Source of the DNA: Candidatus Wildermuthbacteria bacterium
GTDB lineage: Bacteria > Patescibacteriota > Minisyncoccia > Minisyncoccales > UBA10102
Assembly: GCA_016186115.1 (NCBI GenBank)
Contig: JACPMK010000003.1
Coordinates: 26,470 to 90,469, forward strand
Length of the DNA: 64,000 nucleotides
Reading direction: 5' to 3'
Of the stretch, positions 48,434-58,788 are shown one piece after another. A program made the position numbers and the translations under genes. The notes under the pieces were generated by a model that ran no database searches, was not told the DNA's origin, and worked only from the letters and a program-made list of their open reading frames with translations. The first letter of the stretch is position 1. Each line of letters starts with the position of its first letter.

Positions 48434-51400
48434 ATGGAAGTTAATTTTCCGAAGCTGGAGGAAAGAATATTAAAGCATTGGAAGGCGATTAGGGCATTTG
48501 AAAAATCGGTACAAATGCGAAGGGGATCGCCTCGTTTTGTTTTTTACGAAGGTCCTCCCACAGCCAATGGCGCCCCGGGCATCCATCACGTGCTTTCCCG
48601 TGCCTTTAAAGATATTATTCTGCGCTACAAAACCATGGCTGGATTTTACGTTGAGCGAAAAGCTGGCTGGGATACGCATGGTCTCCCCGTGGAATTGCAA
48701 ATTGAAAAAAAACTTGGATTGAAGTCAAAAAAGGATATCGAGAAATACGGCATCGCGAAATTCAATGCAGAGTGCAAAAAATCTGTCTGGGAATACAAGA
48801 AAGAATGGGAAAGTTTAACAGAGCGCATCGGATTTTGGCTCGACATGGAGCATCCCTACATCACTTATGAAACTCCATATATCGAAACTCTGTGGTCAAT
48901 TATTAAACAGTACTGGCAAAAGGGATTGCTCTATAAAGATTACAAGGTTGTGCCTTATTGTCCGCGCTGCGGCACTTCGCTTTCTTCTCATGAGCTAGCC
49001 CAAGGGTATAAAACCGTAAAAGAACCCTCGGTATATGTAAAATTCAAAATTCGAGCGGAAGATTTTCTTAAACTACCGACTACTAACCATAAACTACAAA
49101 CTGTTTATCTTTTGGCGTGGACTACAACTCCATGGACCCTGCCTTCGAATGTGGCATTGGCCGTCCATCCGGATATCTCTTATGTGGTTGCCAAACTCAA
49201 TAATGAGCATTACATCGTTGCACAAGAACGGGCAAAGCATGTGCTCGGCGAGACCTATGAAATTGCAGAAACGCTAAGGGGGAGCGATTTGGTGGGGGTT
49301 TCTTATGTCCCCCTATATCAATTTGAGCAGAGTGAAAAAGGGAAAAAAGTGTGGGAAGTAGTTCCTGCGGATTTTGTATCAACCAAAGAAGGCACCGGCA
49401 TCGTGCATACCGCAGTGGCCTATGGAGTTGATGATTTTGAGCTGGGCAAAAAACAGAATCTTGCAATGTTTCATTTCGTAACAGAAGAAGGAAAATTTCA
49501 TGACAAGGTAAAACCATTTGCCGGACTTTTTGTAAAAGATGCCGATCCCTTGATTATGGAAGATTTGAAAAAGCGCAGTACTCTTTTCAAAGAAGAGCTC
49601 TATGAGCATGAGTATCCTTTTTGCTGGAGATGCGACACGCCCCTGTTGTATTACGCGAAAGAGAGTTGGTTTTTGAATATGCAAAGGGTAAAAGATCAGT
49701 TGCTGGCGAACAATGAAAAAATTCATTGGATTCCTGCGTATATTAAGGAAGGGAGATTTGGCGAATGGCTTAAAGAGGTACGCGACTGGGCGTTTTCGAG
49801 AGAAAGATATTGGGGTACGCCCTTGCCTATCTGGCAATGCAAAGGATGCGTCCATCAAGAAACAATCGGCTCTCTCGATGATTTGAGGAAACAAAAATTC
49901 TCAACAAATACCTATTATATATTGCGTCATGGTGACTCCGAACGCCAGAAAACAAACGTCATGTCTTCTTGGCCAGAGAAAAAGCCATTACCCCTTACCT
50001 CAAGAGGAGTACGTGAAATTCAGGCGAGAGCAAAACAATTAAAAAAGAAAAAAATTGATTTCATTTTTTCTTCAGATATACTTCGAACGCAGCAAACCGC
50101 AGAAATCATAGGCAAAGAATTGGGCATTGCGCCAATTTTTGATAAGCGTTTGCGAGAGTGGGATATGGGCATATTGAATGGCAAGCATATCAAAGAATAC
50201 GGAAAAATGTTCGGCAGAAAAGGCGAGACCGCTTTGGAGCATTACCTGCGTAGATTTGAGGAGCCCGTACCAAAAGGAGAAAGCTGGAAAGATGTGCAGA
50301 AGCGATTGTATGGTTTGCTGCAAGAGCTTGAGAAAAAGTATGACGGGAAAACAGTTCTTGTTATCGGCCACGAGTTGCCGCTTACGCTTTTGGAGGGTCT
50401 TGCGAAGGGATTGTCGAGAGAAGAAGTTATCAAATTCCGGGAGAAAAAAGCATTGCATACCGCAGAATTGCGCAAGTTGTCAGTAACCCTGCTTCCTTAT
50501 AACGATGATATGGAAGTGGATCTTCATCGCCCCCACATCGATGCCGTTACTTTTTTTTGTTCTCAATGCGGCAAGCAAATGGAACGAGTAAAAGATGTGG
50601 TGGATGTATGGTTTGATTCTGGGGCAATGCCCTTTGCGCAAAATCCGAAATTCGAAATCCGAAATCCGAAATTAGCGCCTCCGGCGCTGTATCCGGCGGA
50701 TTATATTGTGGAGGGAATTGATCAAACACGGGGATGGTTTTATACCTTGCTTGCAATCGCCACGTTATTGGGTTTTGGCACGCCTTTTCGAAACGCAATT
50801 TCCTTGGGTCATATTCTGGATGAAAAGGGGGAAAAGATGTCCAAGACCAAAGGCAACGTGGTAAGCCCTTGGGATATGATTTCAAAGTATGGAGCAGATG
50901 CAGTGCGATGGTATTTCTATACCATGAATCATCCCGGAGACCCAAAATTATTTTCTGAAAGGGATATTCAGCAGACGCTTCGAAAATTCCTTTTTACGCT
51001 TTGGAATTCTTTTGTTTTTTATCAAATGTATAAACCTTCTTCCAATGCGAAGATTCCTGTCAAAATTCAAACCAGCCATATTCTTGATCGCTGGATTCTT
51101 TCGCGACTGCAATTGCTTATTGAGGAGATGACGAAACGCATCGATTCCTATGACGTCACAGGGGCGGCAAGAGCGCTGGAAGGTTTTGCGATCGATGATT
51201 TTTCACTTTGGTATATCCGAAGATCGCGTGTAAGATTTCAGAATCCAAGTTCTCCAAGAGAAAAACAAGAGGCGCTTACAACATTGCAGTATACTCTGGC
51301 GGAAGTAGCGAAGCTGGCAGCTCCTTTCGTGCCCATGATTAGCGAACATATCTATCAGGAACTTCAGCAGAAACGCAGCTCTTCTATGCAAAGTGTTCAC

Positions 51401-51949
51401 TGGAAAGATTGGCCGAAGTCCCAGCGGCAGTTTCGTAATCTGCCCCTTGAAGAAGAAATGAACAAGGCGCGAGAGGTCGTTGCCAAGGCGCTTGCCGAAC
51501 GCGCAAAAGCAGGGATCAAGGTGCGCCAGCCCCTCGCTTTGCTGAAAATCCGAAATCCGAAATCCGAAGTTCCAAACGAATTACTCAACGTAATTAAGGA
51601 TGAGGTGAATGTGAAAGAAGTTGTGTTTGATAAAAATCTCAAGGCAGAGGTTGAGTTGGATACGCGCCTCACTCCAGCGCTGAAAGAAGAAGGGATGCTG
51701 CGGGATATTCTGCGTTCCATACAGGATATGCGAAAAACAGCGGGGTACAAGCCACGGCATTCCATTGTGCTTAGTTTTGCCGGAGATGTTTTTCTTGGGC
51801 AGCTCTTGTTAAAGAACAGGATGGTGTTGAAGCGGGGCGTGGGAATAAAAAAGTTTATCCAGGGAGAAAAACCAAAGCATGTATTTGATATCGAACGCGA
51901 ATTTGAAATGGAAGGCAAGAGAATTTGGCTCGGCATAAAAAAAGCATAG
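48434..51949 (+). CDS. ileS: isoleucine--tRNA ligase (type 2) with inserted histidine phosphatase domain
   Basis: FYEGPPTANG..HH, GWDTHGLP, WTTTPWTLP, SRERYWG, DQTRGWF, KMSK; insert RHG...VIGH. Confidence 0.97.
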   Translation: MEVNFPKLEERILKHWKAIRAFEKSVQMRRGSPRFVFYEGPPTANGAPGIHHVLSRAFKDIILRYKTMAGFYVERKAGWDTHGLPVELQIEKKLGLKSKKDIEKYGIAKFNAECKKSVWEYKKEWESLTERIGFWLDMEHPYITYETPYIETLWSIIKQYWQKGLLYKDYKVVPYCPRCGTSLSSHELAQGYKTVKEPSVYVKFKIRAEDFLKLPTTNHKLQTVYLLAWTTTPWTLPSNVALAVHPDISYVVAKLNNEHYIVAQERAKHVLGETYEIAETLRGSDLVGVSYVPLYQFEQSEKGKKVWEVVPADFVSTKEGTGIVHTAVAYGVDDFELGKKQNLAMFHFVTEEGKFHDKVKPFAGLFVKDADPLIMEDLKKRSTLFKEELYEHEYPFCWRCDTPLLYYAKESWFLNMQRVKDQLLANNEKIHWIPAYIKEGRFGEWLKEVRDWAFSRERYWGTPLPIWQCKGCVHQETIGSLDDLRKQKFSTNTYYILRHGDSERQKTNVMSSWPEKKPLPLTSRGVREIQARAKQLKKKKIDFIFSSDILRTQQTAEIIGKELGIAPIFDKRLREWDMGILNGKHIKEYGKMFGRKGETALEHYLRRFEEPVPKGESWKDVQKRLYGLLQELEKKYDGKTVLVIGHELPLTLLEGLAKGLSREEVIKFREKKALHTAELRKLSVTLLPYNDDMEVDLHRPHIDAVTFFCSQCGKQMERVKDVVDVWFDSGAMPFAQNPKFEIRNPKLAPPALYPADYIVEGIDQTRGWFYTLLAIATLLGFGTPFRNAISLGHILDEKGEKMSKTKGNVVSPWDMISKYGADAVRWYFYTMNHPGDPKLFSERDIQQTLRKFLFTLWNSFVFYQMYKPSSNAKIPVKIQTSHILDRWILSRLQLLIEEMTKRIDSYDVTGAARALEGFAIDDFSLWYIRRSRVRFQNPSSPREKQEALTTLQYTLAEVAKLAAPFVPMISEHIYQELQQKRSSSMQSVHWKDWPKSQRQFRNLPLEEEMNKAREVVAKALAERAKAGIKVRQPLALLKIRNPKSEVPNELLNVIKDEVNVKEVVFDKNLKAEVELDTRLTPALKEEGMLRDILRSIQDMRKTAGYKPRHSIVLSFAGDVFLGQLLLKNRMVLKRGVGIKKFIQGEKPKHVFDIEREFEMEGKRIWLGIKKA
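49070..49104 (+). repeat. in-frame heptamer array in ileS
   Basis: aaactac cgactac taaccat aaactac aaactgt = KLPTTNHKLQT. Confidence 0.75.
50641..50675 (+). repeat. in-frame heptamer array in ileS
   Basis: aaatccg aaattcg aaatccg aaatccg aaattag = NPKFEIRNPKL. Confidence 0.88.
51546..51577 (+). repeat. in-frame heptamer array in ileS
   Basis: (aaatccg)x3 aagttcc aaac = KIRNPKSEVPN. Confidence 0.88.
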
Positions 51950-51951
51950 CC

Positions 51952-52719
51952 ATGGGATTTTCTCATTATCGAACCCAAGCAGTTGTTCTGGCGAGTCAGG
52001 ATCGGGGAGAGGCGGATCGGATATTCCATTTGTATACCAAGGACTTTGGAAAATTGAGAGCGTGGGCGATTTCGGAGCGAAAAATAACTTCCAAGCTCCG
52101 GGGGGGATTGGAGCCGTGGGGTCATTCTGAAGTCGAATTCATCGAGGGAAGAAACAGAAAAATTATTGTGGATACTGCTTCCCTTCATCGCTATCAAGCA
52201 ATACGGAACAATATAGAGAAAATACGATGCGCAGGGAGAGTTGTTTCTGCGCTTGACTCTCTTTGCAAAGAAGAAATTCCAGAGCAGCATATTTGGTTTT
52301 TCCTCTTGCATGTTTTGCAAATATTAGATACAGAAGAAAGAGAACAATGGGATTTTGAGCTGGTGTATTTTTATTTTCTCTGGAATATTTTTTCCTTGCT
52401 TGGGTACCAGCCCTTTCTGGAGGCGTGCAAAAATTGCAAGAGGGCTGTCGATCTTGAGAAGACGTATTTTTTCTTTTCGGAAGGCGGGATTCTGTGCCGG
52501 GATTGCACAAAGAAGAAGAATATTGCGCGAGCGCTTTCGCAAAAAATTGCCATTGAGCTTTCCCCCTTTCTCTTGCAAACAATGCGAGCGCTGACGAACC
52601 AAAAGATGGGCGAGAACAATTTGAATGCAATTTCCATGGCCTCGCAGGAGCGTTCTTTGTTAGAAGAATTATCTTCGCGCTACACTGCTCAATTGAGTGT
52701 CTATTCCTATGAATCCTAA
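51952..52719 (+). CDS. recO: DNA repair protein RecO
   Basis: GEADR..YTKDFGK, SKLRGGLE, LGYQP..CKNC..GGILCRDC. Confidence 0.93.
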   Translation: MGFSHYRTQAVVLASQDRGEADRIFHLYTKDFGKLRAWAISERKITSKLRGGLEPWGHSEVEFIEGRNRKIIVDTASLHRYQAIRNNIEKIRCAGRVVSALDSLCKEEIPEQHIWFFLLHVLQILDTEEREQWDFELVYFYFLWNIFSLLGYQPFLEACKNCKRAVDLEKTYFFFSEGGILCRDCTKKKNIARALSQKIAIELSPFLLQTMRALTNQKMGENNLNAISMASQERSLLEELSSRYTAQLSVYSYES

Positions 52720-54370
52720 GAAAGCAATTTTTATCCTTTTTATTCTTTTGGTTGCAGGAGGAGCTGCGGGGTTTTGGCTATGGCAGAAAAATACTTATTC
52801 CAAGGAGGCCTTAAAATTGGAAATCCTTGCTCCCAAAGAAGTTGAGGTTGGGGAAGAGCTAACGTATGTGGTGAAATATAAAAATAATGGAGATGTACGG
52901 TTGGAACATTCAAAACTTATCTTTGAGTATCCCGATGGGGCAATTCCTTCTGATGGCGGAGAGCAAAGAATTACTCAAGACCTTGAGGATATCTATCCCG
53001 GGCAGGAAGAGACCCGCAGGTTTTCGGCCCGTCTCTTTGGAAAAGAAGGCGATGTGAAACAAGCGCGGGCACAATTGACGTGGCAACCCAAGAATTTGAA
53101 TGCAGTGTATCGTTCCGAAACCGAAGCCAGCACCATGATTTCTTCTGTCCCATTGAGTTTTGAACTCGATCTTCCTTCCAAGGCAGAGAACGGCCAGAAA
53201 ATTGATTTTAGTTTGAACTATTTCTCCCAGGCCTCTTATCCCTTTTCCGACTTGCGCATTGGTATGGAATTCCCCGAAGGATTTGAGATGGTAAGCGCAA
53301 ATCCGGCCCCTATCGGCAATCGCGAGTGGCAGGTGGGTGTGCTCAATAAAGCAGCAGGAGGGAGAATACGGGTGCAGGGCATTATGCGCGGAGAATTGGA
53401 TCAAACAAAATTATTTCGGGCTACGATTGGCATCTGGAAAGACGGAGAATTCACGCTCCTCAAGGAAGTTGTCCGGGGTCTTGCCATTACCAAACCCGGG
53501 CTTCTCATTACGCAGACCATTAACGGTTCTCCGGCATACGTTGCGGCTTCCGGAGACGTACTTCATTACGAGATTTCTTTTCGTAATGTGAGCGAGAGAA
53601 ACTTGGAAAATCTTTTCCTGATTGTCAATCTCGATGGGGCTCCGCTTGATTTGGCATCGATCAAGCTCAATGCGGGAAAGTTCCAGCAGGGAGACAACTC
53701 TTTAACTTGGGGGTCGAAAGATATTCCAGCATTGCGTTTCCTTGGGCAAGGAGAAGAGGGGAAGGCAGAGTTTTGGGTGAATGTGAAGGATGAGTGGGAT
53801 GTGGTGAGCCAGCAAGACAAAAATTTTACAATTCAAGACAGGGTGTTGCTCTCCGATGCCAAAGAAGAATTTAGCACCAAGGTGAAGGCGAAACTTACAG
53901 TGGAGCAGAATGGATATTTTGAAAACGAGGCCTTTCCAAACAGCGGACCCCTGCCTCCCCAAGTTGGCAGGGCAACGAGCTACACTATTATTTGGAAAGC
54001 GCAAAATCTTTACAATGATGTTACAAATGCAAAAGTGCGGGCAGTTCTTCCTCAAGGCGTAGAACTTACCGGAGATGTTTTGCCAAGCGATGCTTCTTTG
54101 ACCTTTGATTCTCAATCAAGAGAAATTGTTTGGGATCTGAAGGATCTTGCCGCGGGAACGGGCAAATTCACTGCAGCTCCTTCGGTTGCATTTCAGGTGC
54201 GATTGATTCCTAATGATTCGCAGCGCGGCGCTGTCGCTCCTCTCATTGGTGAGGCGCGTATTACCGGCGAAGATGCCTTTGCTGGGATTACCCTGCAGCA
54301 TTCTGATCCTTCTATTGATACCTCACTTCCTGATGATCAAGCCAACTCCAAAGGTGGCATAGTCCAATAG
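52709..54370 (+). CDS. membrane-anchored multi-Ig-fold (DUF11-like) surface protein
   Basis: N-terminal TM; repeated Y...YKN, GPLPP.VG..T.YTI.W, IVWDL..L.AG. Confidence 0.8.
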   Translation: MNPKKAIFILFILLVAGGAAGFWLWQKNTYSKEALKLEILAPKEVEVGEELTYVVKYKNNGDVRLEHSKLIFEYPDGAIPSDGGEQRITQDLEDIYPGQEETRRFSARLFGKEGDVKQARAQLTWQPKNLNAVYRSETEASTMISSVPLSFELDLPSKAENGQKIDFSLNYFSQASYPFSDLRIGMEFPEGFEMVSANPAPIGNREWQVGVLNKAAGGRIRVQGIMRGELDQTKLFRATIGIWKDGEFTLLKEVVRGLAITKPGLLITQTINGSPAYVAASGDVLHYEISFRNVSERNLENLFLIVNLDGAPLDLASIKLNAGKFQQGDNSLTWGSKDIPALRFLGQGEEGKAEFWVNVKDEWDVVSQQDKNFTIQDRVLLSDAKEEFSTKVKAKLTVEQNGYFENEAFPNSGPLPPQVGRATSYTIIWKAQNLYNDVTNAKVRAVLPQGVELTGDVLPSDASLTFDSQSREIVWDLKDLAAGTGKFTAAPSVAFQVRLIPNDSQRGAVAPLIGEARITGEDAFAGITLQHSDPSIDTSLPDDQANSKGGIVQ

Positions 54371-54436
54371 AGGAATAAACGCGGGGCGCAGCAAGTCCCA
54401 CTTTTATTTTTGGGAAAATCCAGTAGAATAGAGCCA

Positions 54437-55801
54437 ATGGAAGATCTGATGCAAAAAATTACAAACTTGGCAAAGCGCCGCGGATTCATTTTCCCCTCGT
54501 CGGAAATTTACGGAGGAGTGGAGGCATTATGGGATTACGGGCCTCTCGGCAGCATTTTGAAAAATAATCTCAAGCGTGCGTGGATCAAGCGCTTTATTCA
54601 GCAGAGAGACGATGTTGCGCTTATTGATGCCGCAATTTTAATGCATCCTCAAGTATGGAAGGCATCGGGGCATGTCGAACATTTTACCGATCCTTTGATC
54701 GAATGCAAAACCTGCCACAGCAGATTTCGCGCAGATCACATGATCGATGGCCGTTTTGTCGGGCAGGGCGAAGCCAAAGAGCCCAATCAATGTCCCACAT
54801 GCGGCGACAAGGACTTTACTCCGGCAAGACAATTCAATCTAATGTTTAAGACCTTTTTGGGGCCGGTTGAAAATGAAACCAATGTCACATACTTGCGGCC
54901 AGAAACCGCGCAGGCAATGTTCACCAACTTCCAGTTGGTGCAGGAATCGCAGCGTTTGCAGGTTCCATTTGGTATTGCTCAAGTAGGAAGATCTTTCCGT
55001 AATGAAATCACAACCGGCAATTTTATTTTCCGTTCCCGTGAGTTCGAAATTGCAGAAATCGAATATTTTGTTCAGCCGTGGCAAGATGATGCGGTATTTG
55101 AAACATGGCTCAACGAATGGAAACAATTCTGTGTGGCAGCGGGTTTATCCGAGAAAAATCTCCGCCTCTTCGAGCATCCCAAAGGAAGTTTGGCGCATTA
55201 TTCAAAACGAACTGTCGATATAGAGTATCGTTTTCCCTTTGGATGGGGCGAGATTGCGGGTGTGGCAAATCGTACTGATTTTGATTTGAAGCAACACGCG
55301 GAAGCGTCAGGCAAAAAGCTCGATATACTAGACGAGAAAACAGGAAAGAAATATATTCCCTTTGTGATCGAGCCGACTCTCGGCATTGACCGGTTGCTCT
55401 TGGCGATTTTTTGCGAAGCATACGAAGAGGTTGGAGGCGGACGCACCACAACCACAAAAGCAGCAAAAGAAAAAGAAATAGTGTTGCATCTTCCGCCCCT
55501 CCTTGCGCCTGTTCAGGTTGCGGTATTGCCGCTCGTCCGCAACAAGCAAGAGCTGACCGTACGAGCGCGCGAGGTTTTCAAACTCCTCAAGCAGCATTTT
55601 ATGTGCCAATACGACGAAACCGGATCCATTGGCAGACGCTACCGGAGACAAGATGAAATCGGCACGCCCTTTTGCGTAACGGTTGATTTCGAGAGCGTGC
55701 AAAAAAATGACGTGACGTTGCGGGACCGCGATACCATGAAGCAAGACCGCGTTTCCCTGCTCGACCTTGTATCAGCAATAAAAGAACGAATCCATGTTTA
55801 G
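54437..55801 (+). CDS. glyQS: glycine--tRNA ligase (alpha2 type)
   Basis: KRRGF, DYGPLG, YLRPETAQ, FRNEIT, FRSREFE, IGRRYRRQDEIGTP. Confidence 0.97.
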   Translation: MEDLMQKITNLAKRRGFIFPSSEIYGGVEALWDYGPLGSILKNNLKRAWIKRFIQQRDDVALIDAAILMHPQVWKASGHVEHFTDPLIECKTCHSRFRADHMIDGRFVGQGEAKEPNQCPTCGDKDFTPARQFNLMFKTFLGPVENETNVTYLRPETAQAMFTNFQLVQESQRLQVPFGIAQVGRSFRNEITTGNFIFRSREFEIAEIEYFVQPWQDDAVFETWLNEWKQFCVAAGLSEKNLRLFEHPKGSLAHYSKRTVDIEYRFPFGWGEIAGVANRTDFDLKQHAEASGKKLDILDEKTGKKYIPFVIEPTLGIDRLLLAIFCEAYEEVGGGRTTTTKAAKEKEIVLHLPPLLAPVQVAVLPLVRNKQELTVRAREVFKLLKQHFMCQYDETGSIGRRYRRQDEIGTPFCVTVDFESVQKNDVTLRDRDTMKQDRVSLLDLVSAIKERIHV

Positions 55802-57059
55802 AAAAATTATTCTTCCTAACGGTCTGCGCTTAATTACCGTTCCCCAGAAAGAGACAAAGGCGGTCACTCTTTTGATTTTGGTTGGAACAGGATCAAAATA
55901 TGAGACCAAAGATATTATGGGCATCTCCCATTTCCTTGAGCACATGTTTTTTAAGGGCACCAAAAAACGCCCTACGCCCATCAAGGTAACAGAGGTGATT
56001 GATCGGGTTGGGGGCATATGTAACGCCTTTACCAGTCAGGATTACACCGGATATTGGGCAAAGGTGGATGCTTCGCATTTTGATTTGGCGTTGGATTGGG
56101 TTTCTGATATTTTTCTGAATTCTTTGCTTTCTCCAAAAGAAATCGAGAAAGAGAAAGGAGTAGTTATTGAAGAGATTAATATGTATCGCGATACTCCGAT
56201 GAGGCATATCGAAGAGATGTGGCCAGCTCTTTTGTATGGGGATCAGCCGGCCGGCTGGGATATTGCAGGGACAAAGGAAAGCGTGCATTCGTTAACAAGA
56301 GCAGATTTTCTTGGCTATATGCAGAGACAGTATGTTGTTTCTAATACCATTGTATGTGTCGCAGGGAATATTGACGGAGATAAGGTGGCGCGAAAGGTGG
56401 AGCAGTCATTCCGCGGTATTTCCGATTCTCCATTTCAAAAAAGATCGAAAGTCGTGGAACATCAAACAGCTCCGGCTGTTGCGCTTGAGTTTCGAAAAAC
56501 CGATCAAACTCACATTGCGATTGGTTCTCGCGCATGGAATCTTTTCCATCCCCAGCGCTTTACCCAGGAAGTATTGGCAAATATTTTAGGAGGGATGATG
56601 AGTTCCCGGCTTTTTGTTGAGGTGCGCGAAAAACTAGGGCTTGCCTATCGTATCTCTACTCAAAGTGAAACAAATCCTGATACCGGCTGGGTTGTCACGA
56701 TAGCTGGCCTCAAAAATGAATTTGTAGAAAAGGCAATCAAGGTTATTCTTAAGGAGTACAAGCGCATTGCCGAGGTAAAAGTAGGGCCTCGCGAATTGAA
56801 CAAGGCAAAGGATCATTTAATAGGAGAAATGACCCTGCGCTTGGAATCGTCCGACGAAAAGGCCTCGTTTTACGGCTTTCAAGAAATTCTTGAGAAGCGC
56901 ATCTTAACCCCGGAAAAGGTCTATGCTAAGATAAAAGAAGTAACGGCAGAGGATGTTTCTCTTCTTGCAAAAGAAATTTTCCGTCCCGAGCGTCTTAATT
57001 TAGCAGTGCTGGGTCCTTTCCAAGAGAAAACGCGTTTTGAACAATTACTATCTCTATGA
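55794..57059 (+). CDS. M16 (pitrilysin) family peptidase
   Basis: HFLEH, NAFT, EEI.MY.D, SSRLF.EVRE..GLAY. Confidence 0.95.
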   Translation: MFRKIILPNGLRLITVPQKETKAVTLLILVGTGSKYETKDIMGISHFLEHMFFKGTKKRPTPIKVTEVIDRVGGICNAFTSQDYTGYWAKVDASHFDLALDWVSDIFLNSLLSPKEIEKEKGVVIEEINMYRDTPMRHIEEMWPALLYGDQPAGWDIAGTKESVHSLTRADFLGYMQRQYVVSNTIVCVAGNIDGDKVARKVEQSFRGISDSPFQKRSKVVEHQTAPAVALEFRKTDQTHIAIGSRAWNLFHPQRFTQEVLANILGGMMSSRLFVEVREKLGLAYRISTQSETNPDTGWVVTIAGLKNEFVEKAIKVILKEYKRIAEVKVGPRELNKAKDHLIGEMTLRLESSDEKASFYGFQEILEKRILTPEKVYAKIKEVTAEDVSLLAKEIFRPERLNLAVLGPFQEKTRFEQLLSL

Positions 57060-58117
57060 ACGAACAACGGGTGCTCGACATTTCATGGGGCACTATCGTC
57101 AAGCTTTCCATTGCGGCCCTTATTATTTATGTGGTGTTTTTGATCCGGGATCTTTTAATATGGATTCTCTTCGGTATTATTATCTCCATTATTTTTGATC
57201 CTGCCCTTGATTTTCTAAAAAAACGAAGAGTGCCCCGTACATTTGCTGCGGTCGGGCTTTATTTGATTGTATTCGGGCTTATCGCATTTGCTATTTATGC
57301 CACTGCCCCATTATTTATCGGGGAGGTGCAGCGTTTTTCTCAATTTTTGCCGCGTTATCTGGAAAATCTGCTGCCTGCGCTGGAAGATTTGGGGATAGCT
57401 GCTTTTTCTGATCTCGACGCACTCGTAAGCGCTCTTACAGAAAATGTACAGGAAAATTCGGCAAATATCTTGAGAGCCCTTGGCGCAATATTCGGAGGTA
57501 TTTTTTCTACTATTTTTGTTATCAGCATTGCCCTGTTTCTTTCTATCGAGGAAAAGGCAATGGAGCGCATGCTGCTTTTGCTTTTCCCCAAGAGATACGA
57601 AATATTTGTTCTTGATGTGTGGAGGCGTTCGCAAAGAAAGGTAGCAGGATGGTTTTTCTCTCGCGTATTAAGCTCCATTTTCGTTGGGGCTGCAACCTAT
57701 GCTGCTCTTGCTCTCTTTGACGTGCGTTATCCTCTTATTTTGAGTTTGATCTCCGGATTTTTGAATTTCATTCCTATTATTGGGCCTTTTATTGCAGGGT
57801 TTATCGTTGTGATTGTTGTGGCGTTTGATCCCGTAACCTTTGCTACGGGCGGGATTAACCTTTTGCGAGTAGTTTTTGTGGTCTTGGCCATGATTTTGAT
57901 TCAGCAGATTGAGAGTTACATTTTAACGCCACTTTTAACAAAGCGATTCATCGGTATGTCTCCGGTGCTGGTGTTGGTTGCATTGGCTATCGGCGGAGAA
58001 TTATGGGGAATTATGGGAGCTATTTTGGCGATTCCTCTTTTTGGAATCGTCTTTGAATTCTTCCGCGACTTTTTGCAGCGGAGGCGGGAAGAAGAAACGG
58101 CTACCCCTCTTGTGTAA
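57056..58117 (+). CDS. AI-2E family transporter
   Basis: FIPIIGP, IQQIESYILTP, GIMGAILAIP. Confidence 0.92.
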   Translation: MNEQRVLDISWGTIVKLSIAALIIYVVFLIRDLLIWILFGIIISIIFDPALDFLKKRRVPRTFAAVGLYLIVFGLIAFAIYATAPLFIGEVQRFSQFLPRYLENLLPALEDLGIAAFSDLDALVSALTENVQENSANILRALGAIFGGIFSTIFVISIALFLSIEEKAMERMLLLLFPKRYEIFVLDVWRRSQRKVAGWFFSRVLSSIFVGAATYAALALFDVRYPLILSLISGFLNFIPIIGPFIAGFIVVIVVAFDPVTFATGGINLLRVVFVVLAMILIQQIESYILTPLLTKRFIGMSPVLVLVALAIGGELWGIMGAILAIPLFGIVFEFFRDFLQRRREEETATPLV

Positions 58118-58788
58118 TGGGCACTCTTTTTATTGTCGCCACACCAATCGGCAATCTCGAAGATATTACTCATCGGGCGCTTCGCGTATTGCGCCAAGCA
58201 GATTTTATCTTATGCGAAGATACAAGGGTTACCAAGAAATTGCTCGATCATTACGGAATTGCAACTCCAACGTTGAGCTATCATCAACACAGCACTCCAG
58301 AGAAGATGAGCTATGTTTTTGGTCTTTTATCTACTGGAAAGAATATCGCATTGGTTTCTGATTCCGGAACTCCCGGAATTGCAGACCCCGGCAATGAACT
58401 CATCGAATTTTTGCTCCAGAAAAATCCCGGAATAAACATAGCTCCTATTCCTGGCCCTTCTGCGGTCGCCGCAATCGCAAGCATTTCTGGGTTTCCAACG
58501 AATTCCTTTTTATTCTTGGGATATCCGCCGAGTAAAAAAGGCAGAAAGAAATTTTTTGAGAAAGTTGCAGAGTCGCAATGCCCAGTGATTTTCTACGAGT
58601 CGCCCTACCGGATTATAAAAACTCTGCAGCAGTTGCAGGAGTTAAGCCCAGAGGTATATGCGGTAGTGGGCAGGGAACTTACCAAACAATTCGAAACAAT
58701 CTCCCGCGGCCCTATTGACCAAGTGCTCCAAATAATGCAGAAAGATAAGGTAAAAGGAGAATTTGTGGTAATTGTATACAACCAATGA
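58117..58788 (+). CDS. rsmI: 16S rRNA C1402 2'-O-methyltransferase
   Basis: VATPIGNLEDIT, CEDTR, VSDSGTP..DPG, YESPYR, RELTK. Confidence 0.97.
   Translation: MGTLFIVATPIGNLEDITHRALRVLRQADFILCEDTRVTKKLLDHYGIATPTLSYHQHSTPEKMSYVFGLLSTGKNIALVSDSGTPGIADPGNELIEFLLQKNPGINIAPIPGPSAVAAIASISGFPTNSFLFLGYPPSKKGRKKFFEKVAESQCPVIFYESPYRIIKTLQQLQELSPEVYAVVGRELTKQFETISRGPIDQVLQIMQKDKVKGEFVVIVYNQ

Noticed and set aside
51397..52320. 307-aa minus-strand ORF and many other long antisense ORFs
   Set aside because: Shadows of well-supported genes with no recognisable motifs
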